In this document: positions 30,809 through 41,566 of the stretch, piece after piece | Layout of the letters: each line of letters begins with the position of its first letter | Position numbering within the stretch: the stretch's first letter is position 1 | Source: an uncultured delta proteobacterium | GTDB lineage: Bacteria > Desulfobacterota > Binatia > UBA9968 | Assembly (NCBI GenBank): GCA_963755715.1 | Contig: CAVWLW010000064.1 | Location: forward strand, 96,001-160,000 | Length of the DNA: 64,000 nt | Direction: 5' to 3' | Notes under the pieces: model-generated | Database searches by the model: none | Told to the model about the DNA's origin: nothing | Seen by the model: only the letters and a program-made list of their open reading frames with translations | Position numbers and translations under genes: made by a program

Positions 30809-31936
30809 ATGTCCCAGGATGAACGCATAAAAGCTTTGATGGCGGCGTTTCACAAAACCACTTATTTCAAATGGATGGCAAGCCAAAATATCCCCGTGAT
30901 CGATGGTTACGGCTTGGAAGACGTCCGTGACGTCGCCATGGCGCCGTGGGCACGCACCGGCGGCAAGGCCTCGTTTATCAATCTCTACGGCATGGAAGGC
31001 GTCACCGGCATGTACGTGGGCGAGATTCCCGCCGGCGGTGCGCTCGAAGCCGAGAAACATTTTTACGAAGAAGTGATCTGCATCCTCGATGGCCAGGGTG
31101 CCACGGAAGTGTGGCAAGAAGGCGGGCGCAAGCAAATGTTCGAATGGGGGCCATGGAGCTTGTTCGCGCCGCCGCTCAATACCTGGCATCGACTGATCAA
31201 CGGCGGGCGCCAGCCGGTGAAGTATTTGGCTGTGACCAACGCGCCGCTGGTGATGGATATCGTGCACAACGAGGAATTCATTTTTAATTCCCCTTATGTT
31301 TTTTCCGACCGCTACTCGGGCGCAGACGATTTTTTTAATATTGGACAGAAGCGCTACGAGTCCGGCATGCAGCATATCTGGGAAACCAATTTCATCATGG
31401 ACGTCCAGTCGGCGAATCTGGATCAGCGCGAAGTAAAGGGCGCCGGCGTGCGCATCACCCAGTTCGAGCTTTCCGGCAACAGCTTGATCGGCCATCTAGC
31501 GCAGTGGCCGGCGGCGCGCTACCACAAGGCGCACTATCACGGCTCCGGCGCGATTCTATTGGGCTTGCAATCGTCGGGTTACGTTCTCCTCTGGTCGAAG
31601 GAACTCGGCACTCAGCCTTACGAAGCCGGCCGCGGCGACGAAGTCGTCGAAGTGAAATGGAAAGCCGGCAGCGTCTATTGCCCGCCGGGCGGCTGGTTTC
31701 ATCAGCATTTCAATACCGGCCCCGAACCGGCGCGCCATCTCGCGCTCCGCTACGGCAGCCGAATTCACCCGATCGGCTTTAAGATCGCCGACAAGCGCAG
31801 CGAGGACGGCGTTTATATCGACGTAAAAAAAGGCGGCACTCTAATCGAATATGCCGACGAAGACCCGTACATTCGCAAACACTACGAAGACGAGATGAGA
31901 AAAAGAGGCGTAGCGAGCCAGATGCCGGCGGTATAA
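30809..31936 (+). CDS. Bicupin domain protein of unknown function
   Basis: EKHFYEEVICILDGQG, PPLNTWH, YHKAHYH and PPGGWFHQHFN motifs; RBS AAGGAG. Confidence 0.82.
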   Translation: MSQDERIKALMAAFHKTTYFKWMASQNIPVIDGYGLEDVRDVAMAPWARTGGKASFINLYGMEGVTGMYVGEIPAGGALEAEKHFYEEVICILDGQGATEVWQEGGRKQMFEWGPWSLFAPPLNTWHRLINGGRQPVKYLAVTNAPLVMDIVHNEEFIFNSPYVFSDRYSGADDFFNIGQKRYESGMQHIWETNFIMDVQSANLDQREVKGAGVRITQFELSGNSLIGHLAQWPAARYHKAHYHGSGAILLGLQSSGYVLLWSKELGTQPYEAGRGDEVVEVKWKAGSVYCPPGGWFHQHFNTGPEPARHLALRYGSRIHPIGFKIADKRSEDGVYIDVKKGGTLIEYADEDPYIRKHYEDEMRKRGVASQMPAV

Positions 31937-32016
31937 AAAAGATCGAACTGTTCTTACCCTCCCAGGGATGCGCGGGAGGACGAAGGACGAGTTTGAACGT
32001 CTTGAACGGTTGGAAC

Positions 32017-33146
32017 CTATTGCAGTATCTCTTCGGCGAACTTCGCCGAAGGAATTCTTACGCCCTTGTACTTATCTTCCAGATGATTTCTGACTTCATG
32101 GTATTGCTGCACGGTTAAACATCTTTCGCCGCCACCGCGCCGAATTCCTTGAGCCACTTGGTGTCCACGTCCAGACGGCGTGTCGATTGATGCATGACTT
32201 TGACGTAAAGTTCCTGCCCCTCTTTCGACAGTAACCAATTGACAAAAACTCTTGCCGCGTTGGGATGGGGCGGATTTTTCACCACGCCGATGACGCCGGA
32301 ACCATTCGAGGAAGGCAAGCCTTCCTTCATTTTTGGCAACTCCTTGATCGGCAGATTGGCAGTAAGAAATCCCTCCAGTGTATAAAAGCTCACGCCCAAG
32401 GCGACGGCGAGCTTGCCTTTAGCGAGCGCATCGCCCAACTGGCGCTGATCGCGGCTGATAAAGAGATCTTGCTGCACGAGCTTTTTCAAATAGCTCTCGC
32501 CTTTGATGTCCCAGAGAAACGACCAGATCGATTGTCCCGAGCCCGGCGTGCGTGGATCGAGGAAGCCGACTTTGCCTTTCCACTGGGGCTTCAATAAATC
32601 ATCGAGGCTGCGAATCTCGTCCGGCTTTAACATTTTTGTGTTGTACCAAAAACCGCCGGTGCCGGCGTCGGCGATAAAGGAATAAAGAAAACGATTGGTG
32701 CTGACATTGTCTTCCCAGATATGGCCACCCCACCAGTTTTTCGCCTCTTTGACTTCGGGCAAGATCATCATGGCGTCCAGAGGCTCGGTCATGCCGGATT
32801 CGACGAGCGACTCGTAGGTGCCCGAGCCGCCGATGAACACATCGAAGTTTTTGACGCCGGCGGCGAACTCCGCGGCGATCTTGCTGGCGTTCTGCGGTCC
32901 TCTTGCCGTTGAAAGATCCATATCGATACCGAACTTTGGCTTGAACACTGCTTCCAGTTCTTTTCTAAGCTCGGCACGTGCGGGAATTCCGACGACGATC
33001 ACCCCTTCTTTTTTGGCCTCTTGCAGGCTTCTCTCCCATTCCTTTTTCCAATCGACTTGCGCCTGCGCGGTGTGCGCCGCACCCCAAGACAATAGGCCCA
33101 AAAGTATGGTGAAGAGTTTTTGTTTTGTTCGACGTGAAACTCTCAT
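32017..33146 (-). CDS. Extracellular solute-binding protein, orphan (frameshift at about 32117)
   Basis: WKKEWE....AKKEG, DLLKPQWKGK...DPR and PPHPNAARVFVNWLLSKEGQ. Adding one T to GTTTA joins ORF 32017..32238. Confidence 0.85.
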
Positions 33147-33290
33147 GTGCTTACTCTTTCTGAGCGCGCGCTTTCAAAGCGCGTCTGTCCTGATTGCTGC
33201 CGCCGACCGTATCGCATCGGCGGGAGAGATCAAGACCGGAACGCCAGCTTTTCCTGGCATCGAGTAATGAGGTATAACCCTAACTGCGCG

Positions 33291-34958
33291 ATGAAAGTTC
33301 TCCTCGTCCAACCGCCGGTTCAGGATTTTTACGACACCGACGTGCGCCTGCAACCTATCGGTCTCGCCTATCTCAAAGCCGCCATTCGAAAACATCTACC
33401 CGATATCGACGTCACCATCCAAGACTATCACAGCGGCTGCGGTCGACAGACCGTGCCGATTCCGAAGGAGCTGCGCTACCTAGCCGAATATTATCCGGTC
33501 GCCGACAAATCGCCGTTTTCCACCTTTCATCAGTATTATCACTTCGGCAAATCCTTCGATCAGATCGAAAGCGAGATCGCCGAGCTAAAACCCGATGTGG
33601 TTGGCATCTCCTGCCTCTTCACGCCGTATTACCGCGAAGCTCTCGAAGTGGCCGCGCGCGTAAAGAAGCGAGCCAACGCCATTGTCGTCATGGGCGGCTC
33701 GCACGCATCGGCAGTGCCGGAATCTTTGCTAGCGTCGCCACACGTCGATTACGTCATCCGTGGCGAAGGCGAAAAACCGTTCGTTGAATTCCTGGGGGCT
33801 ATTCAAAATCAGCAAAGCGTCGATGGGCTTCCAAACCTTGCGTACAAGCGCGACGGCGCATGCGTTCTCAACCCTCTTCAGGACAACTTTCCGATCGACG
33901 ACTTGCCGATCCCCGACCTCAGCGATTTTTCGCCAATGAATTACACGCTCGCCGGCAAAGCCATGACGTTCATGATCACCTCGCGCAGTTGCCCGCACAA
34001 ATGTTCCTTTTGCTCGGTGCACACGACTTTCGGCACGAACTACCGGCGGCGCTCGCTGCAGAATGTTCTGGAAGAAATCGAGCTGCGCTATCAGCAAGGC
34101 TATCGCGTGATCGACTTCGAAGACGATAATCTTACTTATTACAAACAGACTTTCAAAGAACTCTGCCGGCGGCTGATCGCTCGCTTTCCCAATCGCGAGC
34201 TGGAATACGTCGCCATGAACGGCATCAGCTATTTAAGTCTCGACGATGAGCTGCTTGAGCTGATGTACCAAGCGGGCTTCTCGCATTTGAATCTCGCTCT
34301 CGTCAGCTCCGACAAAACCGTGCGCGAAACCACCAAGCGGCCGCATACGCTCGAAGCCTACGTGAAAGTCGTGAACAAGGCGCATCAGCTCGGCTTTAAA
34401 ATCGTTTCCTACCAAATCCTCGGCCTGCCCAACGAAAGTTTGGACAGCATGATTCAAACGCTCGCCTTCAATGCGCGCCTCCCCGTCCTGCTCGGCGCTT
34501 CGCCGTTCTATCGCACGCCGAATTCGCCCATCGCCCGGGGATTGGAACTCAATGAAACCGATTATGTCCGCGCTCGCTTGACCGCCCTGGCGATTGAAAC
34601 TGAGACTTTCTCTCGCGACGACATCTATACCCTCTTTGTCACGACGAGAATTATTAATTTCCTGAAAGGTCTGCCGCTTCGGTCTACAACGACTCTCGGC
34701 TCTCTAGTCAGCGCAGCACCCGAAACCCACAAAGCGGGAATCGGCTTGCTTCTACTCAAGCAGCTTTTGACGACCAGGCGCTTATACTTTTTGACGAAAC
34801 AAGGGCTGGAGGAAAATCGAAAATTTGTCAGCGGAATATTTTTCCGAGTGCTTTCAGAAGTAGAATCCATCGCCTGTCAAAACGGCCACTCTGTCATCGT
34901 CGACGATTTCCATCGCCGACATGACGGGACCGGGGCAACCTTAATAAATTTGACATAG
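33291..34958 (+). CDS. B12-binding-domain radical SAM protein
   Basis: MKVLLVQPP, PIGLAYL, PDVVGIS, VMGGSHAS, DYVIRGEGE, TSRSCPHKCSFC (CxxxCxxC) and FEDDN motifs. Confidence 0.92.
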   Translation: MKVLLVQPPVQDFYDTDVRLQPIGLAYLKAAIRKHLPDIDVTIQDYHSGCGRQTVPIPKELRYLAEYYPVADKSPFSTFHQYYHFGKSFDQIESEIAELKPDVVGISCLFTPYYREALEVAARVKKRANAIVVMGGSHASAVPESLLASPHVDYVIRGEGEKPFVEFLGAIQNQQSVDGLPNLAYKRDGACVLNPLQDNFPIDDLPIPDLSDFSPMNYTLAGKAMTFMITSRSCPHKCSFCSVHTTFGTNYRRRSLQNVLEEIELRYQQGYRVIDFEDDNLTYYKQTFKELCRRLIARFPNRELEYVAMNGISYLSLDDELLELMYQAGFSHLNLALVSSDKTVRETTKRPHTLEAYVKVVNKAHQLGFKIVSYQILGLPNESLDSMIQTLAFNARLPVLLGASPFYRTPNSPIARGLELNETDYVRARLTALAIETETFSRDDIYTLFVTTRIINFLKGLPLRSTTTLGSLVSAAPETHKAGIGLLLLKQLLTTRRLYFLTKQGLEENRKFVSGIFFRVLSEVESIACQNGHSVIVDDFHRRHDGTGATLINLT

Positions 34959-34978
34959 ACAGGAGCCTGTACTACCCT
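34950..34978 (+). promoter_or_regulatory. Putative sigma70 promoter of the ABC operon
   Basis: TTGACA-N17-TACCCT, 36 nt upstream of ATG 35015. Confidence 0.55.
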
Positions 34979-35014
34979 TCCGACCGCTCGTCGGAAATCA
35001 CGGCAGGAGGCAAA

Positions 35015-36088
35015 ATGAAAAAATTACTATTAGTTCTGTTGTTGTCGGGTATGCTGGCGGCGCAGCTCTCTCGGAGCTATTCGGCGGAAAGCAACCCTAC
35101 TGTCACGGCAGCGCAAAAGGAAGGAAAGCTCGTTATCTATTCTTCGACGGACTCGGCCAGCGTCGAGCCGCTGCTGCAGGATTTCAAGGCGCTCTATCCG
35201 TTTCTTCAAGTCGAGTACAATGATCTCAATACCACGGAGCTCTATAATCGTTTCACCGCCGAGGCAGCTTCCGGCGCCGGCACGGCGGATTTCATGTGGA
35301 GCTCGGCAATGGACCTGCAGCTTCAGCTCGCGAGCAAAGGCAACGCTCTGAGTTACGCCTCGCCGGAAATTTCCGGCTTGCCCAAGTGGGCGGTGTGGCA
35401 GAATCAAGCTTATGGCACGACCTTCGAGCCGGTAAGCTTCGCGTACAACAAACGGCTATTGGCCGCCGATGCGGTGCCGCAGAGTCATGCCGATCTGGTT
35501 CGTTTGATGAAAGAGAAGCACGACGTGTTCAAGGAAAAAATCGCCACCTTTGATCCGGAAAAAAGCGGTGTCGGATTTCTCATGATGACTCAAGACGCGA
35601 AAGTGTTCCCGCAGTTCTGGGATCTCGCCAAAGGTCTCGGCGCCACCGGCGCAAAAGTTTATACAAGCACAGGCGCAATGCTGGAGAAGGTCGGTTCAGG
35701 CGAGCATACTTTGGCCTATAATATTATCGGCTCCTATGTGCTGCTGCGCCAGAAAAAAGATCCGTCTCTCGGCTTGGTATTGCCGAAGGATTACACGCTC
35801 GTGTTTTCGCGCGTCGCTTTTATTTCCAAGACAGCGCGCAATCCCAACGCCGCCAAACTATTTCTCGACTACGTTCTTTCCAAACGCGGCCAGACCGTGA
35901 TGTCCGAGAAATCCCTGGTCTATTCGATTCGCAGCGACGTGTCTGGACCGATCACCGCCGCCGGCCTCACCAAGGATCTCGGCAAGGCATTGAAACCCAT
36001 CGAGGTGAACACGGATATTCTCGCCGGTCTCGAACAAAACAAGCGCTTGGAATTCATGAAACAGTGGAAGGAAGCACTGAAAAGATAA
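35015..36088 (+). CDS. Fe3+/FbpA-family ABC transporter substrate-binding protein
   Basis: Signal peptide; AAQKEGKLVIYS, WSSAMDLQ and NPNAAKLFLDYVLSKRGQ; first gene of a complete ABC operon. Confidence 0.9.
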   Translation: MKKLLLVLLLSGMLAAQLSRSYSAESNPTVTAAQKEGKLVIYSSTDSASVEPLLQDFKALYPFLQVEYNDLNTTELYNRFTAEAASGAGTADFMWSSAMDLQLQLASKGNALSYASPEISGLPKWAVWQNQAYGTTFEPVSFAYNKRLLAADAVPQSHADLVRLMKEKHDVFKEKIATFDPEKSGVGFLMMTQDAKVFPQFWDLAKGLGATGAKVYTSTGAMLEKVGSGEHTLAYNIIGSYVLLRQKKDPSLGLVLPKDYTLVFSRVAFISKTARNPNAAKLFLDYVLSKRGQTVMSEKSLVYSIRSDVSGPITAAGLTKDLGKALKPIEVNTDILAGLEQNKRLEFMKQWKEALKR

Positions 36089-36092
36089 ACTT

Positions 36093-37760
36093 GTGAGCCG
36101 GACTCTCCGTTCCTTCGCGGTGATCGGCGTAGGCCTGGTGGTCTTCGGACCGCTGGGGCTCATCATTTACCAAAGTTTTCTTAGCGAAGCTTTCTTTAGC
36201 CCGACGGCCGCCCTGAGCCTCGGCGCCTATCGTTACGTTCTCACCGATTCCGGTTTTCACTCCGCCTTCGGCACCTCTCTGCTGGTTTCCCTCGGCATGA
36301 CATTGATCTCGGTTCCGCTCGGCAGTCTGCTGGCGTTTTTGCTCGTGCGCACCGATTTGCCGGGAAAGAAATTTCTCGAGCCCTGGCTGCTCGTGCCGAT
36401 CTTCCTCTCGCCTGTTGTATTGGCTTTCGGCTACGTCGTTGCCGTCGGCCCGGTTGGATTCTTTTCGCTCTGGACGAAGGCGTTGGTCGGCCGCGTGCCG
36501 TGGAATCTGTATTCCCTTTACGGCATGATTTTGATCGCTGGCCTCACCCACGTGCCTCATTCTTTTCTTTATGTCTCCGCTGCGCTGCGCAGTTTAGACC
36601 CATCGGTCGAGGAGGCAGCGCGAGTTGCCGGCGCCGGCCCATGGCGCATTGCGGCAACGGTGAGCCTGCCTTTGGTGCTACCGTCGATTCTGTTCAGCGC
36701 GTCTTTGATATTTTTGCTGGGCTTCGAATTGTTCGGCTTGCCCCTCGTGCTGGGCGATCCCGCCGGTCTGCTCGTGCTCACGACCTATTTATACAAGCTC
36801 ACCAATCTGCTCGGCGTGCCTTCCTACCACCTCATGGCTGTCGTTGCGCTCTCGATCGTTGCGCTGACTTTCCCATTGGTCTACGCGCAGCGCCGCATGC
36901 TGCGCACCGCCGGCCGCTTTGCGGTGATCGGTGGCAAAGGCCAGGCGTTCCGCCCTCTGCCCCTCGGCGCGTTGCGCTGGCCTGCCGTCGCGATCGTTTT
37001 GCTGTGGTTGATAGTAACGGTCCTATTGCCGCTGATCGGTGTTGCCTTGCGCTCGGTCGTTAGCCAATGGGGCGAAGGAATCAAGTTATCCGAAGTTTTG
37101 ACCTTGGATCATTTTCGCGAGCTCCTAGGTTATCCCAATTTGGTCCGCGGCATCGTCAATACGCTATTGATCGGCAGCATCGGCGGCGCGTTGTCCGTCG
37201 TATTCTACGCCGTAATCGGCCTAGCCGCGCACCGCTGGCAGAGCCGCTGGGTTTCGTTTCTCGATTATCTGGTGATGTTGCCGCGCGCTCTGCCCGGACT
37301 CATCGTCGGCTTGGCATTTCTCTGGGTGTTTTTGTTTTTCAAACCGATCGCACCGCTGCGCACGACGTTATTCAGCTTGTGGATTGCCTATACGGTTGTC
37401 TGGCTCGCCTATGGATTGCGTCTGATCTCCGCCGCCTTGTTGCAGGTGAAACCGGAACTGGAGGAAGCCGCGCGCGTTACCGGCGCGGGCCAAGGCACGG
37501 TTTACCGCGACGTGACGCTGCCGCTGATTCGCTTCGGTCTGATCGGCAGTTGGCTGCTCGTGTTCATGATGTTCGTGCGCGAATACTCGACCGGAGTCTA
37601 TTTGCTCGGCCCTGGCACCGAAGTGATCGGCTCGTTGATCGTCTCGCTCTGGGGCACCGGTGCCTTGGATTTGATCTCGGCGCTCTCCGTCATCGAAATT
37701 GCTTTGGTCGGCTTGATACTTTTTATCGCCCTTCGTTTAGGAGTGAGACTCGATGCCTGA
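36093..37760 (+). CDS. FbpB-like ABC transporter permease (duplicated domain)
   Basis: Two EAA loops (VEEAARVAGA, LEEAARVTGA); about 12 TM segments. Confidence 0.92.
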   Translation: MSRTLRSFAVIGVGLVVFGPLGLIIYQSFLSEAFFSPTAALSLGAYRYVLTDSGFHSAFGTSLLVSLGMTLISVPLGSLLAFLLVRTDLPGKKFLEPWLLVPIFLSPVVLAFGYVVAVGPVGFFSLWTKALVGRVPWNLYSLYGMILIAGLTHVPHSFLYVSAALRSLDPSVEEAARVAGAGPWRIAATVSLPLVLPSILFSASLIFLLGFELFGLPLVLGDPAGLLVLTTYLYKLTNLLGVPSYHLMAVVALSIVALTFPLVYAQRRMLRTAGRFAVIGGKGQAFRPLPLGALRWPAVAIVLLWLIVTVLLPLIGVALRSVVSQWGEGIKLSEVLTLDHFRELLGYPNLVRGIVNTLLIGSIGGALSVVFYAVIGLAAHRWQSRWVSFLDYLVMLPRALPGLIVGLAFLWVFLFFKPIAPLRTTLFSLWIAYTVVWLAYGLRLISAALLQVKPELEEAARVTGAGQGTVYRDVTLPLIRFGLIGSWLLVFMMFVREYSTGVYLLGPGTEVIGSLIVSLWGTGALDLISALSVIEIALVGLILFIALRLGVRLDA

Positions 37761-38809
37761 TCTGATCGTGGAGAATATCGAAAAGCAGCTCGGGCACGGC
37801 GCAAGTTTTGTGCGGCGTGTCCTTCGAGCTACAACAAGGCGAAGTCCTCGCTCTCCTGGGCGCCTCCGGCAGTGGCAAGACGACGTTGCTGCGCTCGGTC
37901 GCCGGCCTTGAGCGTCCCGACAAAGGCAAGATCGAAATCCGCGGCAAAGTCGTGTTTGACGCGGCGAGCGGGTTTGAAATTCCCGCGGAGCAGCGCGGCC
38001 TGGGATTGGTTTTTCAATCCTACGCGATTTGGCCGCATCGCAGTGTGTTTGAAAACGTCGCCTATGGCTTGCGTTTAAGACACGTGGCCGACACAGAGAT
38101 CCGCCAGAGGGTCGGCGACGTGTTGGCGCGCCTTGGACTCGGCCATCTAGCGGACCGCTACGCGCATCAATTGTCCGGCGGCCAGCAACAACGGGTCGCC
38201 CTCGCGCGCGCGATCGTTTACAATCCGCCGGTCTTGTTGCTCGACGAACCGCTGTCGAACCTCGACGCCAAGCTGCGCGAAGACGCCCGCGCCTGGGTGC
38301 GCGAGCTCATCAAACAAATCGGCAATAGCGCGCTCTATGTCACCCATGACCAAACCGAGGCATTGGCGATCGCCGATCGCGTGTTGTTATTGGATCGAGG
38401 ACAGATTCAACAAGACGGCACGCCTCAAGAAATCTACGGCCGTCCGACCAGCCAGTTTGCCGCTGAGTTTATGGGCAGCAACAACCGCTTCGATGGCAAG
38501 ATCGCCGAGATCTCCGGCAATCGCGCCCGCCTCGAAAACCACGGCTGGAGTCTGTGGGGCAAATTGCGCGGCAATAAAGAGCCCGGCGCGTCGGGTACGG
38601 GACTGATCCGGGTCGAGCGGGTGCGCTTAGCCGACGGTGGCGGCGAAAACCATCTGAAGATGCAACTGAAGTCCGCTCTCTATTTAGGCGAGCGCTGGGA
38701 ATACGTGCTTCAGCTCGGCGACTTGCGCCTGCGTGTTTGGGGCGAAGAAGCGCGCGCCCCCGGCGAATGTTGGGTGGCGATCCCGCAAGAGGAATTCTGG
38801 ATTTTCTAG
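37753..38809 (+). CDS. FbpC/PotA-like ABC ATP-binding protein (5' frameshift at about 37793)
   Basis: GASGSGKT, LSGGQQQRVALAR, LLDEPLSNLDAKLR, TOBE-like tail; ATG 37753 overlaps the permease stop. Confidence 0.92.
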
Positions 38810-38816
38810 TTTCGAC

Positions 38817-39101
38817 CTACGCCTTTTCCATGCCGATCGAGAACATCCGCTCCAGATCGTGGCGCGAATAAACGCGAAACGCGATCAGCGTCTCCGAGCC
38901 GGTGATTCCCGGAACTCCCCGAATATGCTCCGTGACGATCTTTGCCAGTTGATCGTTGTCGCTGGCGCGCACGATCGCGGCGAGATCGTAGCGTCCCGCG
39001 ACCGAATAAACCTCTGTGACACCATCGGTATCGGCTAGCGCTTCGGCGACTTTGTTCGTTTTATCTCGCTCGGTATTGAGCAGGACGATGGCGGAAAGCA
39101 T
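38817..39101 (-). CDS. Lrp/AsnC ligand-binding-domain-only protein
   Basis: GVTEVYSVAGRYDL and GITGSETLIAF; no HTH. Confidence 0.88.
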   Translation of the reverse strand: MLSAIVLLNTERDKTNKVAEALADTDGVTEVYSVAGRYDLAAIVRASDNDQLAKIVTEHIRGVPGITGSETLIAFRVYSRHDLERMFSIGMEKA

Positions 39102-39238
39102 ATTCGATCTCCTTCTACGTCAAGACCAGCAACCAGACCTGCTGAAAGAGTAGCCGACACGGCACACCATCGTCAACGCTGCGCGCCTTGAACGTCGAGC
39201 CGGCCTTCAATAATATGCGGCCCGAGACGGAGGCGACT

Positions 39239-40240
39239 ATGACGAGGCCGAAGATCTTGCGAATCATGCTTCATTTTTTGTGCTTTGCGTTCTTGATCGT
39301 TATTTCCGATTGTTTCGCTGAAGAGAAACTCACCGTATCTTACAGCTCGGTCGATGCGCCGAGCGCCAACTGGTACATCGCGCAGGAAAAAGGCTTGTAT
39401 AAAAAATACGGTTTGGATGTCGAGTCGATTTTCATTCCGGCGTCATCAACCAACGTCGCCGTTCTGGTTGCCGGTCAACTCAAATTTGGCAACGGCACCG
39501 GCGGTACCATCGCCAGCGCCGCCGTGAGCGGCGCCCCATTAGTAGCGGTCGCCTGCTTCATGAACACATTGCCGTACGAATTGATTGTTCAGGATTCGAT
39601 CAAAACGCCGCAGCAACTCAAAGGCAAAAGCCTCGGCATCAGCCGCATCGGCAGTTCGTCCGATGTCGCCGCGCGTATTTTTCTCAAGAACTTCGGCTTG
39701 GAACCGGATAAAGATGTCGCGATCATCCAGGTCGGAGGTTCGGGCGAGCGCTCCGCGGCGTTTCGCGCCGGCAAGATCGCCGGATTTGCCGCCCCTCCCG
39801 GAGTTTTGTATCTCACCAAAGGGCTAGCTCAACGCGTGTTGGCCAGCACGGCCGACTTTCAGAAAAACTATCCCTTTCCTTATATCTGCGGGACGACGAC
39901 CAAAAGTTACTTGGCAAACAACCGGCCGACAGTGAAACGTTTGGTCATGGGATTGACTGACGGGGTGCGCTTCTTCAAGACACAAAAAGAAGAGAGCAAG
40001 AAAATTCTCGCGAAATACACTCGGCAAAACAACGAAGCCTACCTAGAAGCCGCCTATGAAATCAACGCAAAACTCATGGACCGAGTCCCCTACGTAACCC
40101 GCGAAGGCATGGACATCCAGGTCAAAGATGCCGTGGCGCGTAAACCCGGCGCCGTCCTGAAAGTCGACGACGTTATCGACGACTCCATCGTCGCGGAATT
40201 GGAAAAGGAAGGTTTCATCGACAAGCTTTACAAGCAGTAG
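39239..40240 (+). CDS. NitT/TauT ABC substrate-binding protein, orphan
   Basis: YIAQEKGLYKKYGLDV and LKGKSLGISRIGSSSD; preceded by TTGAAC-N17-TAATAT (39188-39216). Confidence 0.9.
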   Translation: MTRPKILRIMLHFLCFAFLIVISDCFAEEKLTVSYSSVDAPSANWYIAQEKGLYKKYGLDVESIFIPASSTNVAVLVAGQLKFGNGTGGTIASAAVSGAPLVAVACFMNTLPYELIVQDSIKTPQQLKGKSLGISRIGSSSDVAARIFLKNFGLEPDKDVAIIQVGGSGERSAAFRAGKIAGFAAPPGVLYLTKGLAQRVLASTADFQKNYPFPYICGTTTKSYLANNRPTVKRLVMGLTDGVRFFKTQKEESKKILAKYTRQNNEAYLEAAYEINAKLMDRVPYVTREGMDIQVKDAVARKPGAVLKVDDVIDDSIVAELEKEGFIDKLYKQ

Positions 40241-40298
40241 TTCTTGCAGCGCGCGAACGAGTTGAACTGGCTTTCGAACGTTTTGAGCCCGTTGAGGT

Positions 40299-41339
40299 TT
40301 ATTTCCACAATTGATCGAAAAACCCTGAGCGTTTTACCTCTTCGACATAGCGATTATCGTAGTAGGCGGTTATCGGCGTGCTCCCCGCTAGCTTGGGGTC
40401 GATCAGACTACTCTGTACCATTTGCTTGACCATCGAGCGCAACGCTCCTTCGTTGACTAATCCTTCTTTCGCATAGTTTTCCGACGCGAAGAGATAAGCT
40501 TGCTCGAGCAGATCCGGATCCTTCATGGGCATCCATTTCATAATGACTTTCTTGGTGTAATCTTTGTCGGTTTGGATCAGCTTGATCGCTTCCGCCGTTA
40601 CTTTGATCACGCGAATCACGGTGTCTTTGTCTTTCTCGATGACCGAGCGGCGGGCAACGATGCCATTCGTGATAAAATCGGTAAATTTTTTGAGATCGTT
40701 AGGCGATACCAGTTCGTTGTAGCCTTGTTTCTTCAGTTGAAAATTATAAGGCGGGGAGAAAACCGCTCCATCGACCGAGCCTCGCACCAAACCGGCGAGC
40801 GCTTCGGGCTGTCCGCCCATTTGCAGAATGGTGACATTTTTTACGCCATAACCATCGATCGCGGTCTGCAACGCAAAGTGTGTAACCGTGCCGAGACGGC
40901 TGACGCCGATCTTTTTTCCCGCCATGTCTTCGGGTCGTTTGATCTCAGGCTTGACCATCACCGACTGCGTAAACCGGGGAACCATGGCTGTGACATGAAT
41001 GATATCACCGCCGCTTAAGATGTTGGCGATGATGGCAGGCCCGCCGGAACCGGACATTTCAGCGGCTCCCGACAACATCGATTGGAAAAGCGCTGAAGAG
41101 GCGCCTATGAAAATCGGATCGAGATCGATACCGTACTTTTCCGAAAGGCGCGCTTGCTTGGCGACAAACCAAGGAAGACAATTGAGACCGATCGGCGAGA
41201 ACGGAAAGGGAACTTTCTTGAGCGTCTGCGCCTGGAGCGAGCCAGGCAAAAGAAGCGCGGCGGCGAGAATGAAGAGAGCGAGCTTACGGCCAGCCCTCAA
41301 AGACAGGTAAGAAGACAGAAAATTTAGCGAGCGTTTCAT
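40299..41339 (-). CDS. NitT/TauT ABC substrate-binding protein, orphan
   Basis: Signal peptide; KYGIDL, GKKIGVSRLG and GSVDGAVFSPP; RBS AGGAGG. Confidence 0.9.
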   Translation of the reverse strand: MKRSLNFLSSYLSLRAGRKLALFILAAALLLPGSLQAQTLKKVPFPFSPIGLNCLPWFVAKQARLSEKYGIDLDPIFIGASSALFQSMLSGAAEMSGSGGPAIIANILSGGDIIHVTAMVPRFTQSVMVKPEIKRPEDMAGKKIGVSRLGTVTHFALQTAIDGYGVKNVTILQMGGQPEALAGLVRGSVDGAVFSPPYNFQLKKQGYNELVSPNDLKKFTDFITNGIVARRSVIEKDKDTVIRVIKVTAEAIKLIQTDKDYTKKVIMKWMPMKDPDLLEQAYLFASENYAKEGLVNEGALRSMVKQMVQSSLIDPKLAGSTPITAYYDNRYVEEVKRSGFFDQLWK

Positions 41340-41422
41340 CTCCGATCCTCCTCTCTTCGTAGGTTGCTTGTCTAGTACATTCGACTCTCCGGCGTCAATG
41401 CTTTCTTGATTAGGCTACGCTA

Positions 41423-41488
41423 AGATCTCTCTCTTCGTTCGAGATGACAAGCCCTTGTTTGTCATTTCGAGGCGCAGCCGAGAAATCT
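41423..41488. repeat. REP-like palindrome; 28-bp exact half-copy at 44618-44645
   Basis: AGATCTCTC..TCGAGATGACAA-loop-TTGTCATTTCGA..GAGAAATCT. TGTCATTTCGAGGCGCAGCCGAGAAATC is identical at 41460-41487 and 44618-44645. Confidence 0.8.
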
Positions 41489-41566
41489 TTCCGAGGAGAT
41501 TTAAGTGAGCACATGATATCTCCTCGTCGATGACGTGTTCATCTTGAAACAGCTTGAACGATTGTC

